From: a virus | Reading direction: 5' to 3' (one strand) | Length of the DNA: 64,000 nucleotides | IMG/VR virus record: IMGVR_UViG_3300032307_000797 | Notes under the pieces: model-generated | What the model saw: the letters and a program-made list of their open reading frames with translations, nothing else | Database searches by the model: none | What the model was told of the DNA's origin: nothing | Translations under genes and position numbers: made by a program | In this document: piece by piece, positions 47,350-58,447 of the stretch | Layout: each line of letters begins with the position of its first letter | Numbering within the stretch: position 1 is the stretch's first letter

Positions 47350-50300
47350 TATTCAGCTGGTGGGAACGCCCCTAAAGGACCAAAACGTTTTATGAATTTA
47401 TCAACACCTGTGTTACCCGGTCTTAATCCAAAATAGAATTGGAATGGGGTCGATAATATTTGTTTATTACCCGAATAGTAATCTTGTGTTTTTCTTATTA
47501 TAAAATCCATTGTACTATCCCAAGTCAATGAATGCCACGTACCCGCGGTACCGTATCTTGTATACAGTATACCCGACGTTGGGGTTGTTACAGTTCCACC
47601 GGTTACCCACAAATACGTAAAGCCAGGATATTGAGTATCATATGACGTGTGATTATCTGTTACAGAATCTTCAACAACATCAAATTCAACTGCGTTTGTT
47701 ACATTTAAACCACTGATTGATAAGCCACTAAAAGTGTATGTCATCGGTAACAATAAATAAGGGTCAGATGGGTCATTTGTACCACCTGTTAATGTATAAC
47801 CATAAGTCATTCCTTGTAATGGTTGACTTTCAATCAATGTATAATCCCAAGATTGGTCGTCCTTTGTTGCATCGTTATATGGACCAAATCCCGGACCTCC
47901 TTTATCCCATAAAAAGAAAGGAACTTCTTGGGAAGCTTCAGTTAATCTACCCGGTTCATTTAAACATGCACGGACTCTTTGACCATCGTTATCAAATTCC
48001 ATGGTAATTGGTGTCGGTCCCCATACTGTTGTCCCACTTTTAAAAACCGTAGGATATGTTTCGGGGTCAAGAATTTGATAAGAGTAACCCAAATATTTTG
48101 GACTCTGTAAATTAAATTCTTCAATACCAACTTCATTATTAATTGATATTAATTGAAGTATGTCTCCGTCTAAAACTTTTCTACCAAATCCTGATTGTTG
48201 GAATCCATCGTTGTCAAAAAATTCATTCAAACTAAAGTTTTCGTCTGCCTCGGTATCCATTCTATAGTTAATAACTAACCCAAGTAATTCCCCAAAACTT
48301 TGGAATGATGATGGACCAATTGACCTTACAACTGAACAATTAGGGTCAAGTGCGGGGTCTGTACATATTTCTTTAATAAATTCATCTCTCGGACCTAAAT
48401 CAACCATTGTTGTTGGGTGCCCTAATCTTTTTTGATTTGTTGAGTATGTTTCGCCTTGGAATACACCGAATGCAGATGATTTAGTTGAACGATAATAGAA
48501 ACGTTTCACCTCATCCCCACTAGTTGTTTCTTTGACTTTATAATAAAGTAAGTCTTCACAATAATTTGTTCGAGCATAATTTAAATCGAGAGCTTCTTCA
48601 TCATCCCATCTAACCTTTGCCTTGAATTGGAAAAAATATAATGAACCACTTAACCAATTATCGATATAACCGTAGTTTACAATTCCTCCACAGAACATTG
48701 TTCCTACTCTTTTTCTTCTTCTATATTCTTTTAGTATTGAGAATATTCTACCAACACTTTGTGAGCCAGGAAGAAAATAGAATACTCCGTTACTGAATTC
48801 ACTATAAGCCCTACCTCCAGTGTCTGCCGGAGTATTTGGTGAATATGTGTCACCAGCATAAGATGTTGGTAATCCGTATTCATTATTGTTTGATAATCTG
48901 GTTGCAGTAACATCCATTCCCGCGGTGTACGTTGAGGATGGGGTTCTACCTGTTCCTATATAATACGTCTCAACTATATTTTCATTGTATGGTATATCAT
49001 ATAATTCACATCCTTCCTCTAATTGAGTCGTGACTGATAATGGATTTTCAACTTCGTTTACGTCTCTAATTTCACAATCATATACTTGTGAATCACTAAA
49101 TAAACCTTCAGGGTCTTGGAATGTTAATGTGTATCCCGTACAGATTGGGTTTAATGGGTCGGTAGTGTCATAATCAACAACGATACTAAATCCAGTATCC
49201 CCTGAACTTGTTATTGGGGTCAGAGGAACAATTGTGGTAGTTCCACCCGATGTTGTGTGTGTTAAAACATAGTTCGCCTGATTATTAACAAAATCTTGAG
49301 CACTTGTACATTGGTCAGTATTCCATATTAATGTTGCACCACTACATGTACCTCCGGTATATGGGTTAGTACTATAATAAACATCACTACCTACAATTAA
49401 ATTTCTATTTCCTTCATCACTACTACCAGTAATGTCAATAGTACCAACTTCACAATAATCAAGTTCACTTACCTCACCCTGTGAAGTACCAAATTCACTA
49501 TCACCATTACATTCTTCACATTCAGGATAGTTTATTAAGTATAATTTTCTTTGAGTCGCATCTTGGAATCTATATGCCCCTTTTCTGATTGTTCTTGCCA
49601 ATCTTCTAATTGGCCAGAAATCCACAGCATCCGCCAAACTATGTAGAAAATACGCAACCACATTTGTTAAGAAAAATGTGAATAGATTAATTAAGTGTTC
49701 AAATAATAATAAAACATCCGCGATTAATAATTGGAATGTATAATTTTTAAATCCAAAATTAACGGGTGGAGTTAATGAACTTCCCGCACAATCTTCTTCT
49801 TCTGAAGGTACCAATTCTTTTAAACCTAAGAATCTATCTTTTGTAAATGAATCCCCTTTAAAATATGAACCTTGGAAAGATGATACCGTGTAAACTTTGT
49901 TATAATTTAATCTATAGAAATAATCTTCGGGATAATAAAACCCATCAGTGTTACTCAAAATATAATTCTCAACCGCATGTGAAGGATAATCATCATAGTT
50001 TGTTGAGAACGCGTATGATGCGTCTACATTATTTGAATATTCTCTGATATTAGGGACTAAATAATCGGCATTTGCACGTACTCTTTCCAATCCTTCATCA
50101 GATAAACTAAATCTAAATCTATAACATGCTGAAGTTGGAATACCCTTATTTGGGTCATTGGTGTATTCATTTTCACCAAACTCGTTGGTGTATAAATAAT
50201 CCATATTCATTGTTACAGGAACAATGAATGAACCATCCTCGTCAATATCCTCATTAAGTTCTACTTGTTCAAGAATTGGTCTATATTCTTCGTCTTTTCT

Positions 50301-51191
50301 ACTTGAGAATCGTATTGCTTCTACCTTACCTGTTTTAGTAACAAGGTCACATTTACGACCCATTTTTCTTCTTGGTGTACAGTTCTTGTTTACCGAACTT
50401 TTACCAGTGTCGGTGAATGTTCCACCAATAACATATGCCTTAGGTTCAATCCTTACCCCTTTACTTGACAAATCAAAGTCAGTTCTTGTGATTCCAATCT
50501 CACATAAATCTTCATTACCCCAAAATGGGTAAACTTCTATAGTTTGATTGAATGAAACAATTTGTGGTAATGCGTCGAGGTCTTCTGATGTTTTAAAAGT
50601 GTATTCGTTTTTGAATTGGTCGACACCCATACCTTGACGAATAAAATCGTCAGGTCTTAATGAAAAACAACCAATATCGGAAAGGTCAACATCAACATGA
50701 ATTGTTTGGGTGCCGAGCGGTACTCCCCAAATCATGAAATCACCCGCATCATTTGTTTTTGCGGTGTACTTGTAATATTTTTCGTAAACCTCAAGAATCT
50801 CTTCTCGAGTTAAAACGTCTTTTTGGTCAGGAAATGTACCTGTCGGAGCATGTCCTCCGTGTTGTTTTCTTGAGGGTAAGAGATTATACCTGTGTCCTGT
50901 GTCATTTTTATCGGTTACCGATGTAAATGGATATAATTGAGAAACAATAGGGTCTTCACTATCAGTTTCAGTTAAAGGAACAAATATTGAAATTCTTGCA
51001 TTTGGTACTCCAAATCCGTTGTTAACAGAAATTCTACCGACAACTACCCCATAATCGGAGCACATTGATGTATAAACATCCGTTTGGGTGAATTTTAATG
51101 ATAAAATTTCCAATAAGTCATAATCCTGTTTTAACTCGACTGTGACTTTTTGGTCCCTACCAATATTTGTACTTATTCTGTGTTTCTGCAT
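47349..51191 (-). CDS. Large structural protein (1280 aa) with N-terminal beta-sandwich
   Basis: GVVVGRI...GVPNARISIF...AKTNDAGDFMIWGVPLG; internal hydrophobic helix near aa 490-525. Confidence 0.75.
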   Translation of the reverse strand: MQKHRISTNIGRDQKVTVELKQDYDLLEILSLKFTQTDVYTSMCSDYGVVVGRISVNNGFGVPNARISIFVPLTETDSEDPIVSQLYPFTSVTDKNDTGHRYNLLPSRKQHGGHAPTGTFPDQKDVLTREEILEVYEKYYKYTAKTNDAGDFMIWGVPLGTQTIHVDVDLSDIGCFSLRPDDFIRQGMGVDQFKNEYTFKTSEDLDALPQIVSFNQTIEVYPFWGNEDLCEIGITRTDFDLSSKGVRIEPKAYVIGGTFTDTGKSSVNKNCTPRRKMGRKCDLVTKTGKVEAIRFSSRKDEEYRPILEQVELNEDIDEDGSFIVPVTMNMDYLYTNEFGENEYTNDPNKGIPTSACYRFRFSLSDEGLERVRANADYLVPNIREYSNNVDASYAFSTNYDDYPSHAVENYILSNTDGFYYPEDYFYRLNYNKVYTVSSFQGSYFKGDSFTKDRFLGLKELVPSEEEDCAGSSLTPPVNFGFKNYTFQLLIADVLLLFEHLINLFTFFLTNVVAYFLHSLADAVDFWPIRRLARTIRKGAYRFQDATQRKLYLINYPECEECNGDSEFGTSQGEVSELDYCEVGTIDITGSSDEGNRNLIVGSDVYYSTNPYTGGTCSGATLIWNTDQCTSAQDFVNNQANYVLTHTTSGGTTTIVPLTPITSSGDTGFSIVVDYDTTDPLNPICTGYTLTFQDPEGLFSDSQVYDCEIRDVNEVENPLSVTTQLEEGCELYDIPYNENIVETYYIGTGRTPSSTYTAGMDVTATRLSNNNEYGLPTSYAGDTYSPNTPADTGGRAYSEFSNGVFYFLPGSQSVGRIFSILKEYRRRKRVGTMFCGGIVNYGYIDNWLSGSLYFFQFKAKVRWDDEEALDLNYARTNYCEDLLYYKVKETTSGDEVKRFYYRSTKSSAFGVFQGETYSTNQKRLGHPTTMVDLGPRDEFIKEICTDPALDPNCSVVRSIGPSSFQSFGELLGLVINYRMDTEADENFSLNEFFDNDGFQQSGFGRKVLDGDILQLISINNEVGIEEFNLQSPKYLGYSYQILDPETYPTVFKSGTTVWGPTPITMEFDNDGQRVRACLNEPGRLTEASQEVPFFLWDKGGPGFGPYNDATKDDQSWDYTLIESQPLQGMTYGYTLTGGTNDPSDPYLLLPMTYTFSGLSISGLNVTNAVEFDVVEDSVTDNHTSYDTQYPGFTYLWVTGGTVTTPTSGILYTRYGTAGTWHSLTWDSTMDFIIRKTQDYYSGNKQILSTPFQFYFGLRPGNTGVDKFIKRFGPLGAFPPAE

Positions 51192-51201
51192 ACCTTACCT
51201 A

Positions 51202-51209
51202 TATAAATA
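51202..51209 (-). promoter_or_regulatory. Putative late promoter TATTTATA within an inverted repeat
   Basis: 11 nt upstream of ATG 51191; ATAAATAG-AAAT-CTATTTAT at 51203-51222. Confidence 0.65.
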
Positions 51210-51249
51210 GAAATCTATTTATTTTCTTAAAAAATACAGAAAATAAAAA

Positions 51250-53082
51250 TTAGAATGTAGTCGAACCGAGAGTTTTGACTCTTATTTTGATATCTTTATT
51301 CGGGAATCGTATTTGGAAAATCTGATTAGATTTCATGTATACCGTCATGTCAGATTGTAAGATTTCCTTAGTTGCAGGGTCAGAATAAGATTGTGCAACT
51401 TCGGCACTTGAATACTCACCACCGGTTAAGTTGAAAACTCGTACATCAACAACGTTCACGACCCCATTTACTTGTCCGATTAATCTATTTAAATCACCAA
51501 CAAGAAGTGGGTCTCCCATCTTTCTTTTTTCAATCGCAAAATATTCAACAATGTCTTCAATAGAGGTTTTAATGATTTCAGTTTGATTACCGTTTTTATC
51601 AATAACCAAATCAATCTCAAGTCCCATATCAATTACTTGTCCACTTTCAATATCCACATAATCGTTAATCATACGATATTCGGACAAGTAGTTAAGGATA
51701 TTATTTTTTAGGGTTGTCGACACGGTATCTGAAAGATTACCATTTTCGTCATATGATAACAATTTGATTTTTACCTTGTTATCTTCCTCCATCACATTAA
51801 CCTTAGCCGGCGCACCATATGTTGACGGCATCGTCTCAATCAATGATTTATAATCGTTCAATGTCACCGCTCTGTTTTGTGCTGCGAAATTGTAAGCAAT
51901 CATGTTTCTTATTTCATCGATTGATGGTTGGTCCGCTCCACCGATTGCCGGTGTTATGTTGGTAACAATCAATGATTGATTTACTTGTGAATTAATTGAT
52001 GAGTTAGGACCGTTTAATACGAAATCAACGTCATCAATACTTGTAACGACATTCACACCTAAATTACTGTCCTTACCACCACCAATACGATATTTGATGA
52101 ATACAGTTGTACCCACCTTAGGTAATGCACCTAATGACATGTTATTTAAATAGGTCCCTAAGTTTACTTTTAGTGAACCATTCATGTAATCGTCAAGATT
52201 ATCCATTGGGTCCACATTACCACTACCAAATGTTACTGAGAAATAACCTTCAGGTGTATATTCTGTGATGAATTTATTGGCAACTGAAATATATTTTCCC
52301 GCCCTAAAATTATCCTTATCGGATGCGTTAGTTGGGTCCTGAACAAATACTTTATCTTGAATTAATGATTTAACTTCATACCATTTATTTGTTGGGTCCA
52401 AGAATTCAGAGTTTGTTGGGTTACCCGCAAATGATGTACCATCTTTATGGATAACCGAAGTAATACCTAAAACATTTTGTTCAGGTAAATAAAGTTTTAA
52501 GAATGGTTTTTGGTCAAGTTCAGTAATAACTTTTCTAAAGATTCTTGTTACACCGTTTACCACCGCTTCTCTTTTGGTAATGGTATATGATATCAAACGA
52601 TTGTTCCCATCGAAATTAGGAATCTTTAATCTATTGGGTTCACCTTTACTATTGAAAGGGTTAGCAAAATCAATGTCTTCAATTGTTTCAAATGATTGTC
52701 CACCACCACTAACTTGTGCACCTGCTTTGATTGTTCCTAAATAACGTTCATCTTCTTTATCACCTCTAACGGGTACATTAATACTAAAATCACATAGTGC
52801 AACTGAAGGTCTTGTACCGGGTAATCTAATACCATATGTTTTAGCAATATGGAAAAGAGATTGTCTTTGTTGAGCAAAATCCAACATTGTTTCTTGCCAA
52901 ACTCTATCAATATGATAATGTAAGTTATCGGTAACCGCCGCGTTTAAATCCAATAGTACAGAATAAATCGATGCGTCATTAGTATTCTTTACTAAATCGG
53001 GATAGTATTCTTTTGTTAGATTAACTAATTCCTGTCTTAATCCCGCAAAATCTCTCGTTGCGTATGATATCTTTTTAGCCAT
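51250..53082 (-). CDS. Baseplate wedge subunit (T4 gp6/Baseplate_J-like)
   Basis: SYATRDF, LDLNAAVTDNLHYHID, VTFGSG, YRIGGG..SN, AIGGAD, AQNRAVTLNDY. Confidence 0.9.
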   Translation of the reverse strand: MAKKISYATRDFAGLRQELVNLTKEYYPDLVKNTNDASIYSVLLDLNAAVTDNLHYHIDRVWQETMLDFAQQRQSLFHIAKTYGIRLPGTRPSVALCDFSINVPVRGDKEDERYLGTIKAGAQVSGGGQSFETIEDIDFANPFNSKGEPNRLKIPNFDGNNRLISYTITKREAVVNGVTRIFRKVITELDQKPFLKLYLPEQNVLGITSVIHKDGTSFAGNPTNSEFLDPTNKWYEVKSLIQDKVFVQDPTNASDKDNFRAGKYISVANKFITEYTPEGYFSVTFGSGNVDPMDNLDDYMNGSLKVNLGTYLNNMSLGALPKVGTTVFIKYRIGGGKDSNLGVNVVTSIDDVDFVLNGPNSSINSQVNQSLIVTNITPAIGGADQPSIDEIRNMIAYNFAAQNRAVTLNDYKSLIETMPSTYGAPAKVNVMEEDNKVKIKLLSYDENGNLSDTVSTTLKNNILNYLSEYRMINDYVDIESGQVIDMGLEIDLVIDKNGNQTEIIKTSIEDIVEYFAIEKRKMGDPLLVGDLNRLIGQVNGVVNVVDVRVFNLTGGEYSSAEVAQSYSDPATKEILQSDMTVYMKSNQIFQIRFPNKDIKIRVKTLGSTTF

Positions 53083-53083
53083 A

Positions 53084-53536
53084 TTATATGTTAATAATTA
53101 TAAAATCTGACGAACTAAATGGTTCATTATTAATTTCGTAATCGAGTCTAACTTTTGCGGTGTATGGTTTGGTTGAACTGTCAGATACTCTAAATAATCT
53201 CGCATCGTCCTCCTCACTTACACTCCTTGGTTCCTCGTCATCTTGGTCCGCCGCAGTAATTCTAATCGATGTTATATCTAAATTTGGAATGTATTTTTTT
53301 ACCGTAGTTCTAATTTCATCCTCAATCATTTGAAATGTAACTGCGTCGTTTGGTTCAAAAATAAATTCATATAACCTTGTACCAAAATCAGGTAGATAAT
53401 AACGTGTACCTCTTCTGGTCAAAATAAGGTGCAATAGATTCGCCCTAATTTCCCTGTCAGGAGCTTCTGTCATCTCAAGGAAATTACCCTTTCTACTAAT
53501 TCTAAATGGATAATCTATACCATATGTTGTTGCCAT
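53084..53536 (-). CDS. Baseplate wedge protein gp25-like
   Basis: GIDYPF, IRANLLHLILTRRGTRYYLPDFGTRLYEFIFEP. Confidence 0.92.
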   Translation of the reverse strand: MATTYGIDYPFRISRKGNFLEMTEAPDREIRANLLHLILTRRGTRYYLPDFGTRLYEFIFEPNDAVTFQMIEDEIRTTVKKYIPNLDITSIRITAADQDDEEPRSVSEEDDARLFRVSDSSTKPYTAKVRLDYEINNEPFSSSDFIIINI

Positions 53537-53539
53537 ATC

Positions 53540-53574
53540 AATAAATATAAAGAAACTCGGAATACATATAAATA
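53540..53574 (-). promoter_or_regulatory. Two late-motif copies (53540-53547 and 53567-53574) starting the baseplate operon
   Basis: TATTTATT and TATTTATA directly after the nrdA terminator. Confidence 0.6.
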
Positions 53575-53600
53575 AAAAATCCCGACCTAAGCCGGGATTA
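53574..53600 (-). terminator. Intrinsic terminator after nrdA
   Basis: Minus strand ATCCCGGC-TTAG-GTCGGGAT-TTTTT. Confidence 0.85.
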
Positions 53601-53621
53601 TTACAATAATTCTATTTTATC

Positions 53622-56051
53622 TTATGAACCACAACCCTCACATTCGAATGGAGAATCCGTGGGTCTCGACATTGTAACCATTTCCATTAATTTCATCTCT
53701 TCGGATGTGTCTTGTATGAAATTGTTAGTTGTAGGTACTTCTATCGCCTCTGAAATAGGTTTAACTGTGGAAGTATCGATTCCCAACCCTTTTAATGGGT
53801 CAACCGCCGCTCTTGTTCTTAGGTAGTACATACCCGTTTTCAAACCAAGTTTCCAACCATAAAGATGTGCTGCCAATACCTTTTGTTTAGATGCATTATC
53901 AATGAATAAATTCAATGATTGTGATTGGTCAATGAAGATTGAACGGTTAGCAGCCATAGTTAAGATTCTCTTCTGTGACATTTCCCATACGGTCTTGAAT
54001 ACTTCTTTGATGTCTGTTGGGATTTCAGGAATATTCTGAACTGAACCGTTTTCCATAATCAACTTTTTCTTAATATCGTCAGACCATATTTTTCTTTCAA
54101 GTAATACCTTAACTAAGTGTTTGTTTACAACAATAAATTCACCACCAAGAGTTCTTCTTGAAAATAAATTAGAAGTGAATGGTTCAAACGCTTCGTTATT
54201 ACCTAAAATTTGTGCGGTTGATGCTGTTGGCATTGGTGCAACTAATAATGAGTTTCTAACACCGAATTTTACAACCTCTTTTCTTAGAGATTTCCAATCC
54301 CATCTACCGCTCATATCCTTATCGGTCTTACCCCATAATTGATATTGGAAAGTACCTTCAGAAAGTGGTGAACCGTTAAAGGTCTCATATGCTCCGTTTT
54401 CTTTAGCAACATCTTTTGATGATGACAATGCCGCGAAATAAATTGTTTCGAAAATATCTGTTTGTAATTTATCGGCGTTTTCGCTTTCAAATGGTAGTGA
54501 CAACATACAGAATACATCGGCCAAACCTTGAACACCTAAACCAACAGGTCTGTGTCTCATATTTGAACGTTTTGTTTCTTCAGTTGGGTAGAAGTTCAAA
54601 TCAATTACATTATTCAAATTTTGTACAACTTGATATGTGTACTCATACAATAACTCGTGACTGAATTCTCCGTCCACTACATATTTTGGTAATGCAATTG
54701 ACGCAAGGTTACAAACCGCTTGTTCCTCAGGACTTGAGTACTCAATAATTTCAGTACATAGGTTTGAAGATTTAATTGTACCAATATTCTTTTGGTTTGA
54801 TTTGTAGTTCGCCGCATCCTTATACAACATATAAGGGGTACCTGTTTCGATTTGAGCGGTTAAGATTGCATCCATCAATTTTCTCGCCTTTACAACTCTA
54901 CGTGCTCTACCTTCTTGTTCATATTGTTCATATAAACGAGTAAACGCTTTGTCTTCAGGGGTATCATAGATGTCGGATAATCCTGGAGCTTCGTCAGGTG
55001 AGAATAATGACCAATCTCCGTCACTCTCAACTCTTTGCATAAATAAATCAGGTGTCCACATAGCTAAGAACAAATCTCTTGCTCTCATTTCTTCTTTACC
55101 GTGATTCTTTCTCAAATCGATGAATTCAAATACATCTGAGTGCCATGGTTCAAGATAAACAGCAAAAGAACCTTTTCTTTTACCACCTTGGTTAATCCAA
55201 CGAGCAACTTCATTATATGTTTTCATCATTGGGAGGAGTCCGTCAGATTCTCCGCCCGTTCCTTTAATATATGAACCTTTGGCTCTTACATCGTGAACGT
55301 GTAATCCAATACCACCGGCCCATTTAGAAATCTTAGCAACGTCTTTGATAGTATCAAATAAACCATCAATATCGTCACCCTTGTTTCCAATTAAGAAACA
55401 AGAAGACATCTGTGGACGACGAGTTCCCGCATTGAACAATGTTGGAGTTGCATGGGTATAGAAGTGTTGTGATAAATCATCATAGATTCTCAACGCCATT
55501 TCTAAGTTACCATTACAAATACCAACAGCAACTCTCATGTACATGTACTGAGGTCTCTCAACAATTCGTTTACCAATTTTTAAAAGATACGAACGCTCAA
55601 GAGTTTTAAATCCAAAATAATCGAAATCTAAATCACGTTCTTGTCTAATGGCACCATCAAGTGCCTCTCTATTTTGATGAACAAACTTAGCAACTTCGTC
55701 ATCAATTAATGATGATTCCTTACCTGTTTTTGGTTCATTAAATGAGTGTAATTCTTTAATTGCTTGTGAGAATTTTTTTGGTGTTGTCTTGTGTAGATTG
55801 GATACCGCTAAACGTCCTGCTAATTTTGCATAATCAGGATGTGTGGTAACCAAAGATGCTGCAGTTTCTGCAGCCAAAATATCAAGTTCAACAGTTGAAA
55901 TACCATCGTAAATTCCCTGTGTTACTTTAAGTGTGACCAATGTTGGGTCAACATATTCAATATCCAAATCATCACAGAAGTATTGCATTCTTCTTGTGAT
56001 TTTGTCATATCTCATCTCCTCGAGGGAGCCATCTCTCTTCTTTACTTTCAT
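53622..56051 (-). CDS. nrdA: Ribonucleoside-diphosphate reductase class Ia alpha subunit
   Basis: ATP-cone VKKRDG, ATPTLFNAG, SSCF, SNLCTEI, VCNLAS, PMPTAST, GLKTGMYYLR, C-terminal CEGC. Confidence 0.98.
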   Translation of the reverse strand: MKVKKRDGSLEEMRYDKITRRMQYFCDDLDIEYVDPTLVTLKVTQGIYDGISTVELDILAAETAASLVTTHPDYAKLAGRLAVSNLHKTTPKKFSQAIKELHSFNEPKTGKESSLIDDEVAKFVHQNREALDGAIRQERDLDFDYFGFKTLERSYLLKIGKRIVERPQYMYMRVAVGICNGNLEMALRIYDDLSQHFYTHATPTLFNAGTRRPQMSSCFLIGNKGDDIDGLFDTIKDVAKISKWAGGIGLHVHDVRAKGSYIKGTGGESDGLLPMMKTYNEVARWINQGGKRKGSFAVYLEPWHSDVFEFIDLRKNHGKEEMRARDLFLAMWTPDLFMQRVESDGDWSLFSPDEAPGLSDIYDTPEDKAFTRLYEQYEQEGRARRVVKARKLMDAILTAQIETGTPYMLYKDAANYKSNQKNIGTIKSSNLCTEIIEYSSPEEQAVCNLASIALPKYVVDGEFSHELLYEYTYQVVQNLNNVIDLNFYPTEETKRSNMRHRPVGLGVQGLADVFCMLSLPFESENADKLQTDIFETIYFAALSSSKDVAKENGAYETFNGSPLSEGTFQYQLWGKTDKDMSGRWDWKSLRKEVVKFGVRNSLLVAPMPTASTAQILGNNEAFEPFTSNLFSRRTLGGEFIVVNKHLVKVLLERKIWSDDIKKKLIMENGSVQNIPEIPTDIKEVFKTVWEMSQKRILTMAANRSIFIDQSQSLNLFIDNASKQKVLAAHLYGWKLGLKTGMYYLRTRAAVDPLKGLGIDTSTVKPISEAIEVPTTNNFIQDTSEEMKLMEMVTMSRPTDSPFECEGCGS

Positions 56052-56064
56052 GTTGTTTGATTAA

Positions 56065-57039
56065 TTAAAAATCGATATCATCAATATTAGTTATGTCTTC
56101 AATTGAAGAATTGGTAGCTACTCCCGCTTTTTGGTATTCTGCAACTCTTTTCTCAAAGAAATTGGTTTTACCTTGAATTGCGATATTCTCCATAAAATCA
56201 AATGGGTTGTTAGAGTTGTAAACTTTAGAAACACCAAGTGACATTAACAATCTATCTGTAACAAATTCTAAGTATTGAGCCATAAGGTCTGAATTCATAC
56301 CAATCAAACGAACCGGTAATGCCTCAAGAATGAATTCCTTTTCAATCTCCAAAGCCCCGCAGATAATCTCTTTAATTTTTGCTTGAGTTAGTTTTTTCTG
56401 AATGTGATTGTTATGTAAATGACATGCAAAATCACAGTGCATTCCTTCATCACGTGAAATGAGCTCATTTGAGAAGGTTAAACCTGGCATTAAACCACGT
56501 TTTTTGAGCCAGAAAATGGAACAGAATGAGCCAGAAAAGAAAATACCTTCAACCGCAGCAAATGCAATAAGTCGTTCAACGAATGAGTCAGAGTTAATCC
56601 ACTTGATTGCCCATTCCGCTTTCTTCTTGATAGCGGGTACTGTCTCAATTGCGTTGAACAAACGATTTTGTTCTTCCTTATCTTTGATGTAAGTGTCAAT
56701 CAAAAGTGAGTATGTTTCACTATGAATGTTTTCCATCATGATTTGGAAACCATAAAACATTTTAGCTTCGGTATATTGAACTTCATTAACAAAGTTCATC
56801 GCTAAGTTTTCATTTACAATACCATCAGAAGCCGCGAAGAACGCCAACACATGTTTTACAAAGTGTTGTTCGTCTTCATTTAACTTATTGTCCCAATCAT
56901 TAATATCTTGGGCTAAGTCGATTTCTTCTGCGGTCCAAAAACACGCTTCCTGTTGTTTGTAAAGTTTCCAAATATCGTGGTGTTCGATTGGGAAGAGGAC
57001 AAAACGTCCCGGATTTTCTTGTAAAATCTTTTCTTTCAT
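56065..57039 (-). CDS. nrdB: Ribonucleoside-diphosphate reductase beta subunit
   Basis: [50 protein letters not shown]. Confidence 0.98.
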   Translation of the reverse strand: MKEKILQENPGRFVLFPIEHHDIWKLYKQQEACFWTAEEIDLAQDINDWDNKLNEDEQHFVKHVLAFFAASDGIVNENLAMNFVNEVQYTEAKMFYGFQIMMENIHSETYSLLIDTYIKDKEEQNRLFNAIETVPAIKKKAEWAIKWINSDSFVERLIAFAAVEGIFFSGSFCSIFWLKKRGLMPGLTFSNELISRDEGMHCDFACHLHNNHIQKKLTQAKIKEIICGALEIEKEFILEALPVRLIGMNSDLMAQYLEFVTDRLLMSLGVSKVYNSNNPFDFMENIAIQGKTNFFEKRVAEYQKAGVATNSSIEDITNIDDIDF

Positions 57040-57059
57040 GGTCTAATAAAGTTTTTTGA

Positions 57060-58433
57060 TTAACGGTTTAACAGTTCCTGTCTTTTCTTGAACATTTCTG
57101 CTGCCCTGTTTGAATTTGTTTTGACTTTTTCTTCTTGATGTCCAAGAAGTGTTGTTTGTGTTTCGGTATCGATAACTAAGAATTTGTTATCAAACTTACA
57201 GTTGTTCCAAATGATACCATCTTGACCAATACGTGATTTAAGTAAGGTCATTGTTGCTAAGTTGTGCTCTTTTTGTTCAAGAGTCTTACCAACAGATAAA
57301 ACTACGTGACCAATTTGTGCCTTTTTGATTGAGCCGCCCATTTGGTCAGTTGTAACAACCTCAGAAGAGATTGATTCTCTGTTACCCTGAGTTGCCGTCC
57401 AAATGGCAATATCAAACTCACCCGTCATTGCTTCTAAACTTCTCATTACAGAACCTTCACCTTTCCACTCTTCACCGAAATTACTTCTTTCAGGTGAGAT
57501 ACAATCAACGTAATCGATAACTAAAAGGTCAATCTTTTTACCGTCTGAAATGTGTTTTCTAATTCTTGATTTGATTTCAGAAATAGTAACAGAATCACTT
57601 GGTAATTTAACAATGTTTAACGAACCCTCACTTGTTGTTTGGATTTCCTCAACCATTCTTTTAACCTCTTCTTTTCTATCGGGTTGTTCATCAGGTTCAA
57701 TTCCTGTCCAAAGAGTGAAGTGTTTCTTTTTGATGTTTGACGGATTGTCTTCAAAAAAGATTTGAAGTACGTTGAAGTTACAGTTATAAGCGGTGTTAGA
57801 GAATAAGGTTAACAAAGTTGTTTTACCTGTACCGGTTGGTGCAAGTACAACTCCGAGTTCTCCTCTACCTAAACCACCTTTTAGAACACTGTCAACACCA
57901 TTAATTCCCGTAGGAATAGCTTGACGATTGTCTTTTTCAAGTGCAGCATCAATATCGTGAAACACGTCCATTGATTCCTCGAGAGGAAGACCCACCTGTA
58001 ACGCCTTCTGAATGATACCTTCAATTGTTGGGTACTCATGGAATGCACCGTTGTCAATAATAGAATTGATTTTTTTTAATTCTTTTCTGAGATTCTGTTG
58101 TTTACAGAAATTCAACGCCTCATCTTTTACTAATGAAGGGTCTTGGGTGTTCTCTTTAATCGCTTCAAGTGTGTCCAAGTGGATTCTAGCACTATCCTGT
58201 GAACCCATTTCCGAAGTAATTTTAAGTGCCAAACTATCGTAGTTCGGCACCTTAGAATACTTTTTATAATATTCTTTAATGTGTTCGGAGATGAACCTAA
58301 AAGAAACGTTATCAAAGTACTTGTTCTCGATTACATCAATGATTTGCTCACCGTATTTCTTGTCTTCAATAATTGCCTTCAATAGGGCTTGTTGGAATGA
58401 TGTTCCGAGTGTTCCAAAGTTCTTTTCGCTCAT
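57060..58433 (-). CDS. Replicative DnaB-like helicase (gp41)
   Basis: GGLGRGELGVVLAPTGTGKT, VIDYVD, WTATQGNR, LKSRIG. Confidence 0.93.
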   Translation of the reverse strand: MSEKNFGTLGTSFQQALLKAIIEDKKYGEQIIDVIENKYFDNVSFRFISEHIKEYYKKYSKVPNYDSLALKITSEMGSQDSARIHLDTLEAIKENTQDPSLVKDEALNFCKQQNLRKELKKINSIIDNGAFHEYPTIEGIIQKALQVGLPLEESMDVFHDIDAALEKDNRQAIPTGINGVDSVLKGGLGRGELGVVLAPTGTGKTTLLTLFSNTAYNCNFNVLQIFFEDNPSNIKKKHFTLWTGIEPDEQPDRKEEVKRMVEEIQTTSEGSLNIVKLPSDSVTISEIKSRIRKHISDGKKIDLLVIDYVDCISPERSNFGEEWKGEGSVMRSLEAMTGEFDIAIWTATQGNRESISSEVVTTDQMGGSIKKAQIGHVVLSVGKTLEQKEHNLATMTLLKSRIGQDGIIWNNCKFDNKFLVIDTETQTTLLGHQEEKVKTNSNRAAEMFKKRQELLNR

Positions 58434-58447
58434 TGTTTATTTTTTTC

